Assembly: GCA_024278835.1 (NCBI GenBank)
Contig: JAJRSK010000021.1
Span: 5,306-69,305 of the forward strand
Reading direction: 5' to 3'
Origin: Campylobacterales bacterium
GTDB lineage: Bacteria; Campylobacterota; Campylobacteria; Campylobacterales; QNZT01
Length of the DNA: 64,000 bases
Below the pieces are notes generated by a model, which was given only the letters and a program-made list of their open reading frames with translations, made no database searches and was not told the origin of the DNA. Positions 19,280 to 28,410 of the stretch are shown here, in pieces. Within the stretch, counting starts at the first letter, position 1; each line of letters starts with the position of its first letter. A program made the position numbers and the translations under genes.

Positions 19280-20529
19280 GATATGTTTCCTTTTAAGTAT
19301 TGGATACGATTTATCGCCATGCGTCTTGCATAGTAAGCTTCGAGTACGCCAAGACGTGCATCTAAGAGAAGTGAAATCGCATCTAATACTTCTATATACG
19401 TTGATAGTCCCTCTTTGTATCTAGCTTCAAGAATCTTTTTTGTTTGGATAGCTGCTTTTTCTTGCACTTGTTTTGCTTTTATCGTTACCGCATATCTTTT
19501 GATATCTATAAAAAGTGCCTGTATTTCTTCTTTTAGTGCTAAAATCTTTGATACTTTTTTCTCTTTTGCCATTTGTAGTCCTATCTGGGCTTTTTGGGCT
19601 TCAGCCGTGGTTCTTCCTCCGTTATAAAGAGGAATATTGAGAGTCAATCCAACCAGTTTGGAGTCATAACTATTTAAAGTATCCAAGTGATTATAAGAGG
19701 CAACGGCATCAAGTGAGCCATAGTGAGATGCGCGAGCTGCTTTGTGAAGCAGTCTATTTTTATCTATATTTTGGGTATCTATCTGCATCTGATAATTATT
19801 TTCCAAAATCATTTTTTCTATATTTTTATCAAAATGAGAAGTGTCTTTGATAACGTTATCTTCTAATACAACATCATCTTTTATCTCTTGTGCCATATAC
19901 AGAGATAAAGTTGTTTTTGCTTTTTCATAGCCCGCTTTAGCAGCAGCTAATTTATCTTTTGCCAGATAAAGGGCAGATAAAAATCGACTTGCATCTGCTT
20001 TTGTTTTTAACCCCTGTTTGACGAGTGCCTTTGATTGTGCATAATAAGCTTTTTTAGTTTCAAGATCTTTTTTTCTAACGGCTACCGACTCCTTTTGTAT
20101 GACTAAAAGAGCATAAAGTGACTTGACTTTATATGCCATCAAAGCTTTTGCATCTTGGAGTGAGAGTTGGGATATCTCTTCATCTAGTTTTGACGCTTCA
20201 ATTTTTGACGATGTTTTGGAAAAGTCCCAAATTTTTTGCTTTAGGTTTACGCCTACATTCCAACCATCTTCTTCTATCGTGTGAAAGGAGCCGTTTACTG
20301 GAAGTGCATAGGTTTGCAAGGGGTTGTATTCAGCGTGTAAGTTGATTTGAGGAAGATATTCTGCAGATGCGGCATCATAACTTTTTTTTGATTGTTTGAT
20401 TTTGAGTATAAAAGACTTTATATCTGGATGATTTGTCAGCGTTTTATCGATGCTCTCTTGCAGGGTTAGAGTTTGTGCATAAAGCGCATCTGTCAAAAGT
20501 ATACTTATAAGCAGTAAACGTTTATTCAT
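19264..20529 (-). CDS. TolC-family outer membrane efflux protein
   Basis: Signal peptide and the two-repeat TolC/OEP helical pattern. Confidence 0.85.
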   Translation of the reverse strand: MNKRLLLISILLTDALYAQTLTLQESIDKTLTNHPDIKSFILKIKQSKKSYDAASAEYLPQINLHAEYNPLQTYALPVNGSFHTIEEDGWNVGVNLKQKIWDFSKTSSKIEASKLDEEISQLSLQDAKALMAYKVKSLYALLVIQKESVAVRKKDLETKKAYYAQSKALVKQGLKTKADASRFLSALYLAKDKLAAAKAGYEKAKTTLSLYMAQEIKDDVVLEDNVIKDTSHFDKNIEKMILENNYQMQIDTQNIDKNRLLHKAARASHYGSLDAVASYNHLDTLNSYDSKLVGLTLNIPLYNGGRTTAEAQKAQIGLQMAKEKKVSKILALKEEIQALFIDIKRYAVTIKAKQVQEKAAIQTKKILEARYKEGLSTYIEVLDAISLLLDARLGVLEAYYARRMAINRIQYLKGNISLVNY

Positions 20530-20567
20530 ATTCTCTCCTCATTATATATCATCATTTTACAGATGTT

Positions 20568-20586
20568 ATGTGAATTGAATATGAAT
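20568..20586 (-). promoter_or_regulatory. OmpR/PhoB-style direct repeat ATTCATATTCAATTCACAT upstream of the TolC-MFP-ABC operon
   Basis: TTCATAT-N4-TTCACAT (11-bp period) lies 8 nt upstream of TAAAAT. A nearly identical box with the same spacing is at 59133-59151. Confidence 0.55.
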
Positions 20587-20605
20587 AACCTTCAGACAAC
20601 CCCAC

Positions 20606-22000
20606 TCAAATCCATATCTCTTCACCTTCTTTAACGATATGCACTTTATTTGGTAGTTTAGCTTTGATTGCCTTTTTAAAAATCTTTTGTTTCTCTTTTT
20701 CACCGTGGACGAGGTATATATTGCCTAGTGTTTCAAAATTTTCCATCCACTCTATGAGTTCACTTTGGTCTGCATGTGCTGAGAAACCATTGATGGTGTG
20801 TATTCTTGCCTTGACAAGCACTTTTTCATGATAGAGTTTGACCCATTTTGCACCCTCAACGATTTTCCGTCCTAAAGTTCCATAGGCTTGAAAGCCTACA
20901 AAGATAACACTATTCTTTGGATTCCAGATACGATTCTTGAAATGGTGCAGTATCCTCCCACCCGTACACATGCCAGAGCCTGCAATGATGATACAACTCT
21001 CTTCTTCATTGATTTTTTTGGATTCGTCTGGCTTTAATGTGTAGTGCACATAAGGAAAATCAAATACTGTACCATCTCTCTCTAAGATGTCATTGCAGCA
21101 CTTACTTAATTCATCATGATAGAGATTATAAAGATTGGTAGCGCGAATTGCCATAGGTGAATCTAAATAAATTTTGCACTTAGGAAGTTCCCCCTCATCA
21201 TAGAGCTGTTTTAAAATACAGAGGATTTCTTGTGTCCTTTCAATAGCAAAGGAGGGGATTAAAACGCTACCTTGTGAGAGTAATGTCTCTTGTATGACTT
21301 TTTTAAATTCCTCTTCACTGTCCTTGATGCCTTTGTGGTTTCTATCTCCATAGGTAGACTCTATATAGAGGGTATCTGCTTTTTTAACAAAAGTAGGAGA
21401 AGGCATCACCATGTCATTGTGATTTCCTAAATCACCTGAAAAGACGATACTTTTTTTCTGAGAATCTTCAATAAAGTCTATCTCAATCGTCGCAGAATCC
21501 AAGATATGACCAGCATTACGAAATGTTGCGGTGATGTCTTTTTCTATGGATATAGGTTTATCATAAGTAGGATATTGAACTGGTAAATTATAGAGAGCTT
21601 TTACATCATCGACGCTGTAGAGAGGTGCGGTTACTTTAGCTTCTGCACCACGACGCTGTGCTTTTCTATAATGGGTTTTAAACTCTTCTTGCATAAGATT
21701 GGCACTATCAAGTAGTACAATTTCTGCCAAGTCCATGGTAGAACGAAGCGCGATGATTTTGCCTTGAAATCCTTCTTTAACAAGTTTTGGTATACGTCCA
21801 ACATGATCTAAATGTGCATGTGTGATAAGTAAAATATCAATTTCTTTCGGGTCAAAACCAAAAGGTTGTAAGTTTTTCTCTTCATTTTTGCCCTGAAACA
21901 TTCCACAATCTACCATAATCTTTTTGCCACTTTTTAGTGTCAGCAGATGACAAGAACCTGTCACTACCTCTGCCGCACCAAATGATTGCATCATCGCCAT
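20606..22000 (-). CDS. MBL-fold beta-CASP metallo-hydrolase (RNA-metabolising type)
   Basis: HAHLDHVG motif plus the beta-CASP and C-terminal RNA-specificity regions (GFSAHAD). Confidence 0.8.
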   Translation of the reverse strand: MAMMQSFGAAEVVTGSCHLLTLKSGKKIMVDCGMFQGKNEEKNLQPFGFDPKEIDILLITHAHLDHVGRIPKLVKEGFQGKIIALRSTMDLAEIVLLDSANLMQEEFKTHYRKAQRRGAEAKVTAPLYSVDDVKALYNLPVQYPTYDKPISIEKDITATFRNAGHILDSATIEIDFIEDSQKKSIVFSGDLGNHNDMVMPSPTFVKKADTLYIESTYGDRNHKGIKDSEEEFKKVIQETLLSQGSVLIPSFAIERTQEILCILKQLYDEGELPKCKIYLDSPMAIRATNLYNLYHDELSKCCNDILERDGTVFDFPYVHYTLKPDESKKINEEESCIIIAGSGMCTGGRILHHFKNRIWNPKNSVIFVGFQAYGTLGRKIVEGAKWVKLYHEKVLVKARIHTINGFSAHADQSELIEWMENFETLGNIYLVHGEKEKQKIFKKAIKAKLPNKVHIVKEGEEIWI

Positions 22001-22019
22001 CTGAAATCCTTTTTAGTTT

Positions 22020-22625
22020 TTAATAGGTAAACTTCCCATTTTTAATATCTTCCTTGATTTCATCAAGACTCTCTTGTAAAATCTCCGCTAAAACCTCTGC
22101 TGCTTTTTGATTATCAGGCTCTGGAATATCCCAGTCAGTAATTTTTAAATTTGCTTTAAAAAGAAACTTCAACTCTTTTTGAATCTCTTTTTTCCTACTA
22201 TGTAACTCTTTTTCTACTGCATCCATATTTTTAATATCCTCTTCTTTTTGATTTAACCATGCGATAGCATCATCTAACTCTTCAAAATACTTCATCTCAC
22301 CGCTCATAAACCAGTTAGAAATCTTGATACTGTATGCTTCCCATTTTTTGTTTCCTACAAAAGCCAATTTTGTAAACTCTTTGTTATGCTTAAGACCAAA
22401 CTTAAAATCATCCCAAGCTGCTTTCATATCCCATCCATCAAATTCTCTTGCATCTACCAAGACTTTTATTTTTGGATCTTTCACACCAACTATCGCATTT
22501 TCAACCATGGGAATCATCTTTTCATAATCCTCATGCGTTAAAGTCCCTTTTACGCCGATTTTTAAGAAAAATTCTTCACCTACATGGCTGATACCGATGC
22601 TTACACTATGCTCTTTATTCATCAT
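22020..22625 (-). CDS. STAS/SEC14-like (SpoIIAA-like, DUF3478-type) protein with acidic helical C-terminal extension
   Basis: The N-terminal ~120 aa resemble the SpoIIAA-like DUF3478 family from memory. The remainder is unassigned. Confidence 0.45.
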   Translation of the reverse strand: MMNKEHSVSIGISHVGEEFFLKIGVKGTLTHEDYEKMIPMVENAIVGVKDPKIKVLVDAREFDGWDMKAAWDDFKFGLKHNKEFTKLAFVGNKKWEAYSIKISNWFMSGEMKYFEELDDAIAWLNQKEEDIKNMDAVEKELHSRKKEIQKELKFLFKANLKITDWDIPEPDNQKAAEVLAEILQESLDEIKEDIKNGKFTY

Positions 22626-22677
22626 TTACTCCCATATTTGTTGATAGAAAATTGTATCCTAAAGTGTAAAAAATATT

Positions 22678-22693
22678 TGTTACTTAAGTGGCA
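22678..22693 (-). promoter_or_regulatory. Crp/Fnr-type box (minus read TGCCACTTAAGTAACA) upstream of the STAS/beta-CASP pair
   Basis: 21 nt upstream of TACAAT (22656-22651). An RBS GGGAG precedes the ATG. Confidence 0.6.
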
Positions 22694-22694
22694 T

Positions 22695-23774
22695 TTAAAA
22701 TAGTTTTCCAATTTTATAAAATCCAAACCAGTACAATATCCCTCCCAAGAGCATCACCCCTCCAAAACATGGTAAAAGATCGATAAACTCAGTTCCTCTA
22801 TAAAAGATACTTTCTGCCCCTTCTATATAGTAGCGAAGAGGGGAGAAAAGTGAAAGTGTTTGAAAAACTGGGTGCATGGCATAAACAGGTGTCCAAGCAC
22901 CACTAAGAAATATAAGAGGCATCATGATAACGATAGAGAGTTGGGCAACTTGCATGATATCTTTTGAAATAGCAGCAACAAAAAGACCGATACCAGCACT
23001 GGAAAAAGCATATAAAAATGTCAAAAGTATAAATGCCCAAAATGAACCATTCATAGGCGTATCAAAAGCACTCAACAGCACAAACCCCAATGCTAAAACT
23101 GTGCCAGCGGTTACGATGAGCACCTGAGAAAGACTTTTTGCTAAAATCATAATCTTTGGATTGATTGGCATCAAAAGCATGATGTCCCATGTACCTTCCT
23201 CTTTCTCTTTGACAAAAACGATAGCGGTGAGGATGATAACTAACATTGTGATGATAGAGAGTAATTCTGTTAGTGCCATAAAAGTATGGTTGTTGGCATT
23301 TTCATTGAAAAGTTTGTGTGTTTTAAATGTTATGGGTAACTTTATGGATTGAAAATCCATCACGATGTTTTGTATATATGCCAATGTTGTGAAGCTTTGT
23401 GAAGCGGCAGTAGCATCAAGCAGTAGATTTAGCTGTGTATTTTTTCCTTCTCTGAAATCTTTTTCAAAATTACTATCAAATACCATTCCCACGATAACTT
23501 CTTTGTTAAATATCGCTTGACTAAGTGCTTTTTGCGAAAGGTATTTGTGAGGAGAGGTAAATTCTGGTTTATGCAGATGAGAGAGAATCTTTTGACTGAT
23601 ACCTCCTCCTGTCATATCTACATATCCTATGGTGACATTGCGTGGTTTTATCTCTATTCCTTCACCTGCTATGTAGATATCTAATGTAAAAGAATAAAGC
23701 ACTACAAGCACTAACATAATTGAACGCATAAAACTAACAAGCTCTTTTCCCAGTACGATAAAAAAGGTATGCAT
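22695..23774 (-). CDS. ABC-2 type transporter permease
   Basis: N-terminal TM, periplasmic loop, C-terminal ABC-2 membrane domain. Paralogous to the next gene. Confidence 0.8.
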   Translation of the reverse strand: MHTFFIVLGKELVSFMRSIMLVLVVLYSFTLDIYIAGEGIEIKPRNVTIGYVDMTGGGISQKILSHLHKPEFTSPHKYLSQKALSQAIFNKEVIVGMVFDSNFEKDFREGKNTQLNLLLDATAASQSFTTLAYIQNIVMDFQSIKLPITFKTHKLFNENANNHTFMALTELLSIITMLVIILTAIVFVKEKEEGTWDIMLLMPINPKIMILAKSLSQVLIVTAGTVLALGFVLLSAFDTPMNGSFWAFILLTFLYAFSSAGIGLFVAAISKDIMQVAQLSIVIMMPLIFLSGAWTPVYAMHPVFQTLSLFSPLRYYIEGAESIFYRGTEFIDLLPCFGGVMLLGGILYWFGFYKIGKLF

Positions 23775-24895
23775 TATTTCATCTCCTTTTTCAAAAGAAG
23801 TACACCACTTGTAAAAAATAGGAGTAAAAATCCAACTAAAATAGCCAAATAAAGTATGATTTTAGAAGAGTCTAGCCCCTGACCTATAAGAAAAGTATCG
23901 TAGAGGATATGGTTATAGTACATGACAGGAAACATATGTGCTTCTATGTAGGATTCTCCCTGCATAGAAGAGATAGGCATCAGCATGCCTGAGTAGAGAA
24001 ATCCAGGTAAAATAGTCACAGTAACAGTTAAAACGACAGCGACTATCTGTTTTTTTGTGATGACAGAGATGAGCATACCTATAGATAAGCTTATCATGAT
24101 ATATAATTCACTCGATAACCAATAGAGCATAAAACTCCCACGAAAAGGTACTTCAAACAGATAGAGTGCCCATAAAAGAAGTATAAATATGTTGATTGAA
24201 TGTAGTAAAAAAACAGGAAGTAATTTTGCTAAAAGAAACTCTCCCTTGCTAAGTGGTGAAGCATAAAAGTTAAAAATTGTTCCTTTCTCTTTCTCTCTTA
24301 CAATAAGAAGTGCTGTTAAAATAGCAGGTGCAACTAAAAGTACAAGACCGATAAGTCCAGGGATGATAGCATCCTCATCTCTCATCGCTTGATTAAAAAG
24401 TGTACGAGTATTTAGCACAATCATGCCTTTTTGTTTCATGCCTATAGATGATATGGCTTCATTTGCCGCAGAAAATACCGCCCCTTGTATATAACTCTCT
24501 ATCGTTGTGGCTCGTGTGGGAAATGCTGCGTCTACAAAAACAGCAAGTTCACTTTTTTGTCCATGTAACAAATGCTTCTCAAAAGAGCTAGGGATGATGA
24601 TAATTGCATCGGTTTTTGCTCTTTTTATCTCTCTCAATGCATCATCTTCAGCCATTTGTGTAAGCCTAGCATTGAAGTATTGGCTGTGTTCAAATTTGGA
24701 AATTAACTCTTTTGAGTATTTGCTTTGATCATTGTCTATGATGAGGACTCTAGCATGGGAAACATCCATGCGTATGCCATACCCAAAAAGAAGCACTATC
24801 ATGCTCGGCATAAGATAGACCATCATGATAAGGCGGGTACGAAAAAGTTCGATAAACTCTTTGAGTATATATGCTTTGATACTCAACCATTTCAT
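23774..24895 (-). CDS. ABC-2 type transporter permease
   Basis: Same architecture as 22695-23774. Overlapping stop/start. Confidence 0.8.
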   Translation of the reverse strand: MKWLSIKAYILKEFIELFRTRLIMMVYLMPSMIVLLFGYGIRMDVSHARVLIIDNDQSKYSKELISKFEHSQYFNARLTQMAEDDALREIKRAKTDAIIIIPSSFEKHLLHGQKSELAVFVDAAFPTRATTIESYIQGAVFSAANEAISSIGMKQKGMIVLNTRTLFNQAMRDEDAIIPGLIGLVLLVAPAILTALLIVREKEKGTIFNFYASPLSKGEFLLAKLLPVFLLHSINIFILLLWALYLFEVPFRGSFMLYWLSSELYIMISLSIGMLISVITKKQIVAVVLTVTVTILPGFLYSGMLMPISSMQGESYIEAHMFPVMYYNHILYDTFLIGQGLDSSKIILYLAILVGFLLLFFTSGVLLLKKEMK

Positions 24896-26517
24896 GATTT
24901 ACTCCTGTAAAAGTCAAGAAAAATCTCTTCAAAAGTTTTTGCATTTGCATGTGTTGCATAAAGATTTTTAACTGTGTCATCAGCAATTTTTTTACCATCT
25001 TTGAGTAAGACTACTCTATCACAATACTCCGCTTCACTCATGTAATGTGTGGTGATGAGGATAGAAATTCCCCACTTCTCTTTTAGTTTTCTAAGTATTT
25101 TCCAAAACTGTGCTCTTGCTATGGTATCAACACCAGAAGTTGGTTCATCGAGAAATAGCACCAAGGGTTCATGCAATAGTGCAGCAGCTATGGAAAATCT
25201 TTGATTGACACCCAATGGAAGATTGCTAGGAAAATTATCCATATAAGTTAAAAAACCAAGTTCATTGGCATATAGTTTGATTCGTTTAAGTGCAATATCT
25301 GTTGGAATTTTATGCATACTTGCAAAGTAGAGGAGATTTTCCTTTACAGTCATATCTTTATAGAGTGCAAAATGTTGACTGACATATCCGATTTTTGATT
25401 TTAAATCCTGTCTATCTTTTCCACTTTTTATCGTTTTACCAAGTAGTTGGAGTTCCCCCTCATCTATGGGGTAGAGTCCAAGCAACATCTTGATAAAAGT
25501 GGTTTTACCAGCACCATTAGCACCCAAAAGTCCTAATATTTCACCTTTTTTTAACTCCATATCTATCTTGTCATTAGCAATAAATTTACCAAAATATTTA
25601 CTGATAGCTTTAGCTTCCATCACAATTTTAGGGATTTTTTCCTCTTTTTCTCTTTTGTGAATATCAATATTTTGTAATGTTTTATGTTTTTTTAAAGCAT
25701 TGACAAAAAAGAGCCCTTCAAGTGTTGGCTTGGCTTTTGGGGCATTTAAAGATTGAAGAGAGTAAGTTCTTTTTTCAAATGAAAAACAGTGAATATCTTT
25801 ACACGAATGCTCTTGATAAGTATAAGGACGCACCGAGTCTATGAGTGTCTCTGTCGTGCCTCTTGCGATAATTTCACCTTCATCAAAAAGTAATACTCTG
25901 TCCATCTTTGCGGCTTCTTGCATATAAGCCGTACTCACCAAGATGATAGATCCTTCCTCTTTTCGTATCGTATCAAGTATCTCCCAAAGTTCAAGTCGGC
26001 TAAGTGGGTCAACACCTGTTGTAGGTTCATCAAGTATCAATAGTTTTGGTCGGTGTAAGAGTGTGCATATAAGAGAGAGTTTTTGCATCATACCCCCACT
26101 AAGTTTTCCAGCTTCCCTATCGATAAAGTTGCTTAACCCAGCCATGTGAAGTAATTTTTTTCTATATTGTTGATGTGAATTATCTTGTATAAGACCATGG
26201 ATATCAGCAAAAAATTGTAAATGCTCAGAAACAGTTAAAGTATCATACAATACCAATCCGATTCCCTGTGGCATCAAACCTATTTGGGATTTTATTTTTT
26301 CTGCTTCTTTGGGTGAATGATAGTGATAGTTATGATAAACAATCTCGCCATCAAAATGAAGTACACCAGCGATGGCATGCATCAAAGAACTTTTTCCAGC
26401 CCCATCAGCCCCGATAAATCCTATGATTTCACCAGAAGATGCAGAAAAAGAACTTTTTTTGAGAGCTACTTTTTTGTTATAGCTAAGGGTGACATCTCTT
26501 ATCTCCAAATCAGACAT
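24892..26517 (-). CDS. ABC transporter ATP-binding protein with two fused ATPase domains (YbhF-like)
   Basis: Two Walker A motifs (GADGAGKSS, GANGAGKTT), two signature motifs (LSGGMMQK, LPLGVNQR), two Walker B motifs (LILDEPT, LFLDEPT). Confidence 0.9.
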   Translation of the reverse strand: MSDLEIRDVTLSYNKKVALKKSSFSASSGEIIGFIGADGAGKSSLMHAIAGVLHFDGEIVYHNYHYHSPKEAEKIKSQIGLMPQGIGLVLYDTLTVSEHLQFFADIHGLIQDNSHQQYRKKLLHMAGLSNFIDREAGKLSGGMMQKLSLICTLLHRPKLLILDEPTTGVDPLSRLELWEILDTIRKEEGSIILVSTAYMQEAAKMDRVLLFDEGEIIARGTTETLIDSVRPYTYQEHSCKDIHCFSFEKRTYSLQSLNAPKAKPTLEGLFFVNALKKHKTLQNIDIHKREKEEKIPKIVMEAKAISKYFGKFIANDKIDMELKKGEILGLLGANGAGKTTFIKMLLGLYPIDEGELQLLGKTIKSGKDRQDLKSKIGYVSQHFALYKDMTVKENLLYFASMHKIPTDIALKRIKLYANELGFLTYMDNFPSNLPLGVNQRFSIAAALLHEPLVLFLDEPTSGVDTIARAQFWKILRKLKEKWGISILITTHYMSEAEYCDRVVLLKDGKKIADDTVKNLYATHANAKTFEEIFLDFYRSKS

Positions 26518-26545
26518 AGCTACATTTCTAATCGTCTGTTATAAA

Positions 26546-27703
26546 TCATAACGCTGGTAACGCATCCATAGATTTTGGTAATCCTTTACCATCCATGCTG
26601 ATAACTCCGATTGCAGGAATTCCCAATTTTAGTAAAGGATCTATCTTTAAAGGCTTAAGATGGACAGCATATACACGCTGTATTCGGTCACTTCTGACAC
26701 TAACTTCTTTAGGTGTAAATTCTGCTTTCATTGCGATATTTACCACTTTTGCAGGGATGGGTCGATGCGGACTAGCATCTAAAAATATAACTGCTCTATC
26801 GCCTAACTTAATTTTTCCATTTTGTAAAGTATCGACAAATATTTTAAGATAGAGCGAATGAGGGTCTAAAAGTGTTGCTATGGGCATACCCGCTCCAACC
26901 ACTTCACCGATATTGGCTATTTTATCGACGACATACCCATCTATCGGCGATTTTAACACCATCTCATCAAGCATTGCATCTATACCACTTTTCGATGCTT
27001 CAAGTGCGGTGATGTTTTCTTTGAGTGAGGCAAGCATATATTCCAAAGCTTCTAGATTTTTTTGTGATGCTTTAGCTTCTGACATCGTTGCTTTGGAAAG
27101 TTCTATCATCGAAGTAACTTCTTTTTGTTTCTCTTTGAGTGCTTGGAGTTTGTTGTTTTCTGTATCTAGTTTTAGTTTTGCAAGTTCATAACTATGTAGT
27201 TCTATAGAGTTACTTTTATACAACATGCGACTTCTCTCAAAATCTTTTTTTGCTTGTTTGTATAACTGTTTTTGGATGTTTATATTGTTTAAAAGCCCTT
27301 TAAGTTGTGATTTTGTGGCAGAAAACTGACTTTCTGCTTTTTTAAGAGACAAGGGAATAGTTTTTTTTGATATCTCAAGTTCTAGTTTTTTAGCTTCATA
27401 TATCTTTTGTTGTGCGCGTATCTGTGCCTCTATCTGTGTTTTTTTCGCTTGTTGTTCAGCGCTTTTGAGTTTGGCAATTAGCATCCCTTTTTTGATGAAG
27501 CTACCATCATCTACCATTACAATCTCCAGACGACTTGGATATTTTGTATTAAGATTAATCAAATCTCCATCAATGCGTCCAGTTGCCTCTATCAGGTTTT
27601 GCGGTAATTTTTTAGGATGCAGTTTTGCATAAATCATCACAGAGGCACTCACAAGTAAAAGAGCCACAAGAACCCAAATCCAATATCTCTTTATCTTTTG
27701 CAT
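26546..27703 (-). CDS. HlyD-family secretion/adaptor protein (YbhG-like)
   Basis: TM anchor, long coiled coil, beta-barrel C-terminus. The ATG at 27703 has better RBS spacing (GGAGAG N5) than the GTG at 27709. Confidence 0.8.
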   Translation of the reverse strand: MQKIKRYWIWVLVALLLVSASVMIYAKLHPKKLPQNLIEATGRIDGDLINLNTKYPSRLEIVMVDDGSFIKKGMLIAKLKSAEQQAKKTQIEAQIRAQQKIYEAKKLELEISKKTIPLSLKKAESQFSATKSQLKGLLNNINIQKQLYKQAKKDFERSRMLYKSNSIELHSYELAKLKLDTENNKLQALKEKQKEVTSMIELSKATMSEAKASQKNLEALEYMLASLKENITALEASKSGIDAMLDEMVLKSPIDGYVVDKIANIGEVVGAGMPIATLLDPHSLYLKIFVDTLQNGKIKLGDRAVIFLDASPHRPIPAKVVNIAMKAEFTPKEVSVRSDRIQRVYAVHLKPLKIDPLLKLGIPAIGVISMDGKGLPKSMDALPAL

Positions 27704-27752
27704 TGTCACTCTCCTCTACCCCTGTATTATAACCTTTTTTGTTTTTTGTTTT

Positions 27753-27768
27753 TGCTATATATGTAGCA
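27753..27768 (-). promoter_or_regulatory. Crp/Fnr-type box (minus read TGCTACATATATAGCA) upstream of the HlyD-ABC operon
   Basis: 21 nt upstream of TATAAT (27731-27726). Confidence 0.5.
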
Positions 27769-27807
27769 TCTTTTAAGAGTGCGCTAAAAGATGAATTGTA
27801 ATTGACT

Positions 27808-27823
27808 TGCTACTTTAGTACCA
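27808..27823 (+). promoter_or_regulatory. Crp/Fnr-type box TGCTACTTTAGTACCA upstream of the rhodanese gene
   Basis: 21 nt upstream of TATGAT (27845-27850). Confidence 0.5.
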
Positions 27824-27906
27824 TTTAAAACTATAGTTTTTTAGTATGATTTGATTACCTTTTGATATTTTATCAATCAAAGGAAAAAACTACTAAAGGG
27901 GATGTC

Positions 27907-28290
27907 ATGATAAATGAATTATCAACTATCATAGCAAACGATGCAAAAAAAGAGAATTTAGGACATGTGGATTTACATAAAACAAGAGAGTTGTTGATGG
28001 ATGTGGGTGCTATGTTGCTAGATGTTCGACCAAGTGCAAAAGTAGAGGGCGAAAATGCACAAGAAGCAGGCATAATCAATACTTACTTTACACCTTATGA
28101 GGATTTTCATAGCTATATAGATGTATTACCTTCAGATAAGAGTGCAGTAATCGTTGTAGCTTGTTTAAAAGGTTGGTTTGCAAATCGTATCATGGGTTAT
28201 CTGGAGATGATGGGTTATAAAAATGTTTATGTACTTGATACTACAATCGTAGATCTTATCGAAGTACATCATGCACACGCAGATAAATAA
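27907..28290 (+). CDS. Rhodanese-like domain protein
   Basis: Rhodanese fold blocks (LLDVRP ... VVACLKGWFANR active-site Cys loop). The ATG at 27907 follows an RBS GGGG. The longer ORF from 27862 overlaps the promoter's leader. Confidence 0.65.
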   Translation: MINELSTIIANDAKKENLGHVDLHKTRELLMDVGAMLLDVRPSAKVEGENAQEAGIINTYFTPYEDFHSYIDVLPSDKSAVIVVACLKGWFANRIMGYLEMMGYKNVYVLDTTIVDLIEVHHAHADK

Positions 28291-28303
28291 TAGAAGCATT
28301 GTT

Positions 28304-28330
28304 TAACTCCCCATTAGCTTTGGGGAGTTA
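28304..28330. terminator. 9-bp perfect hairpin between the convergent rhodanese and RND genes
   Basis: TAACTCCCC (28304-28312), 9-nt loop, GGGGAGTTA (28322-28330). No adjacent U-tract on either strand. Confidence 0.4.
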
Positions 28331-28410
28331 CTTATCGTGATAAGTGCTGTTTCTAAGCCTGACCATATAGCATAAGCCATACTGATATCAAACTTTTTAA
28401 ACGCGCAAGG

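Noticed and set aside
21925-21942. TGCCACTTTTTAGTGTCA inside the beta-CASP gene
   Set aside because: The half-sites are separated by 6 nt rather than 4 nt. The sequence lies deep in coding DNA with no -10 at the right distance.
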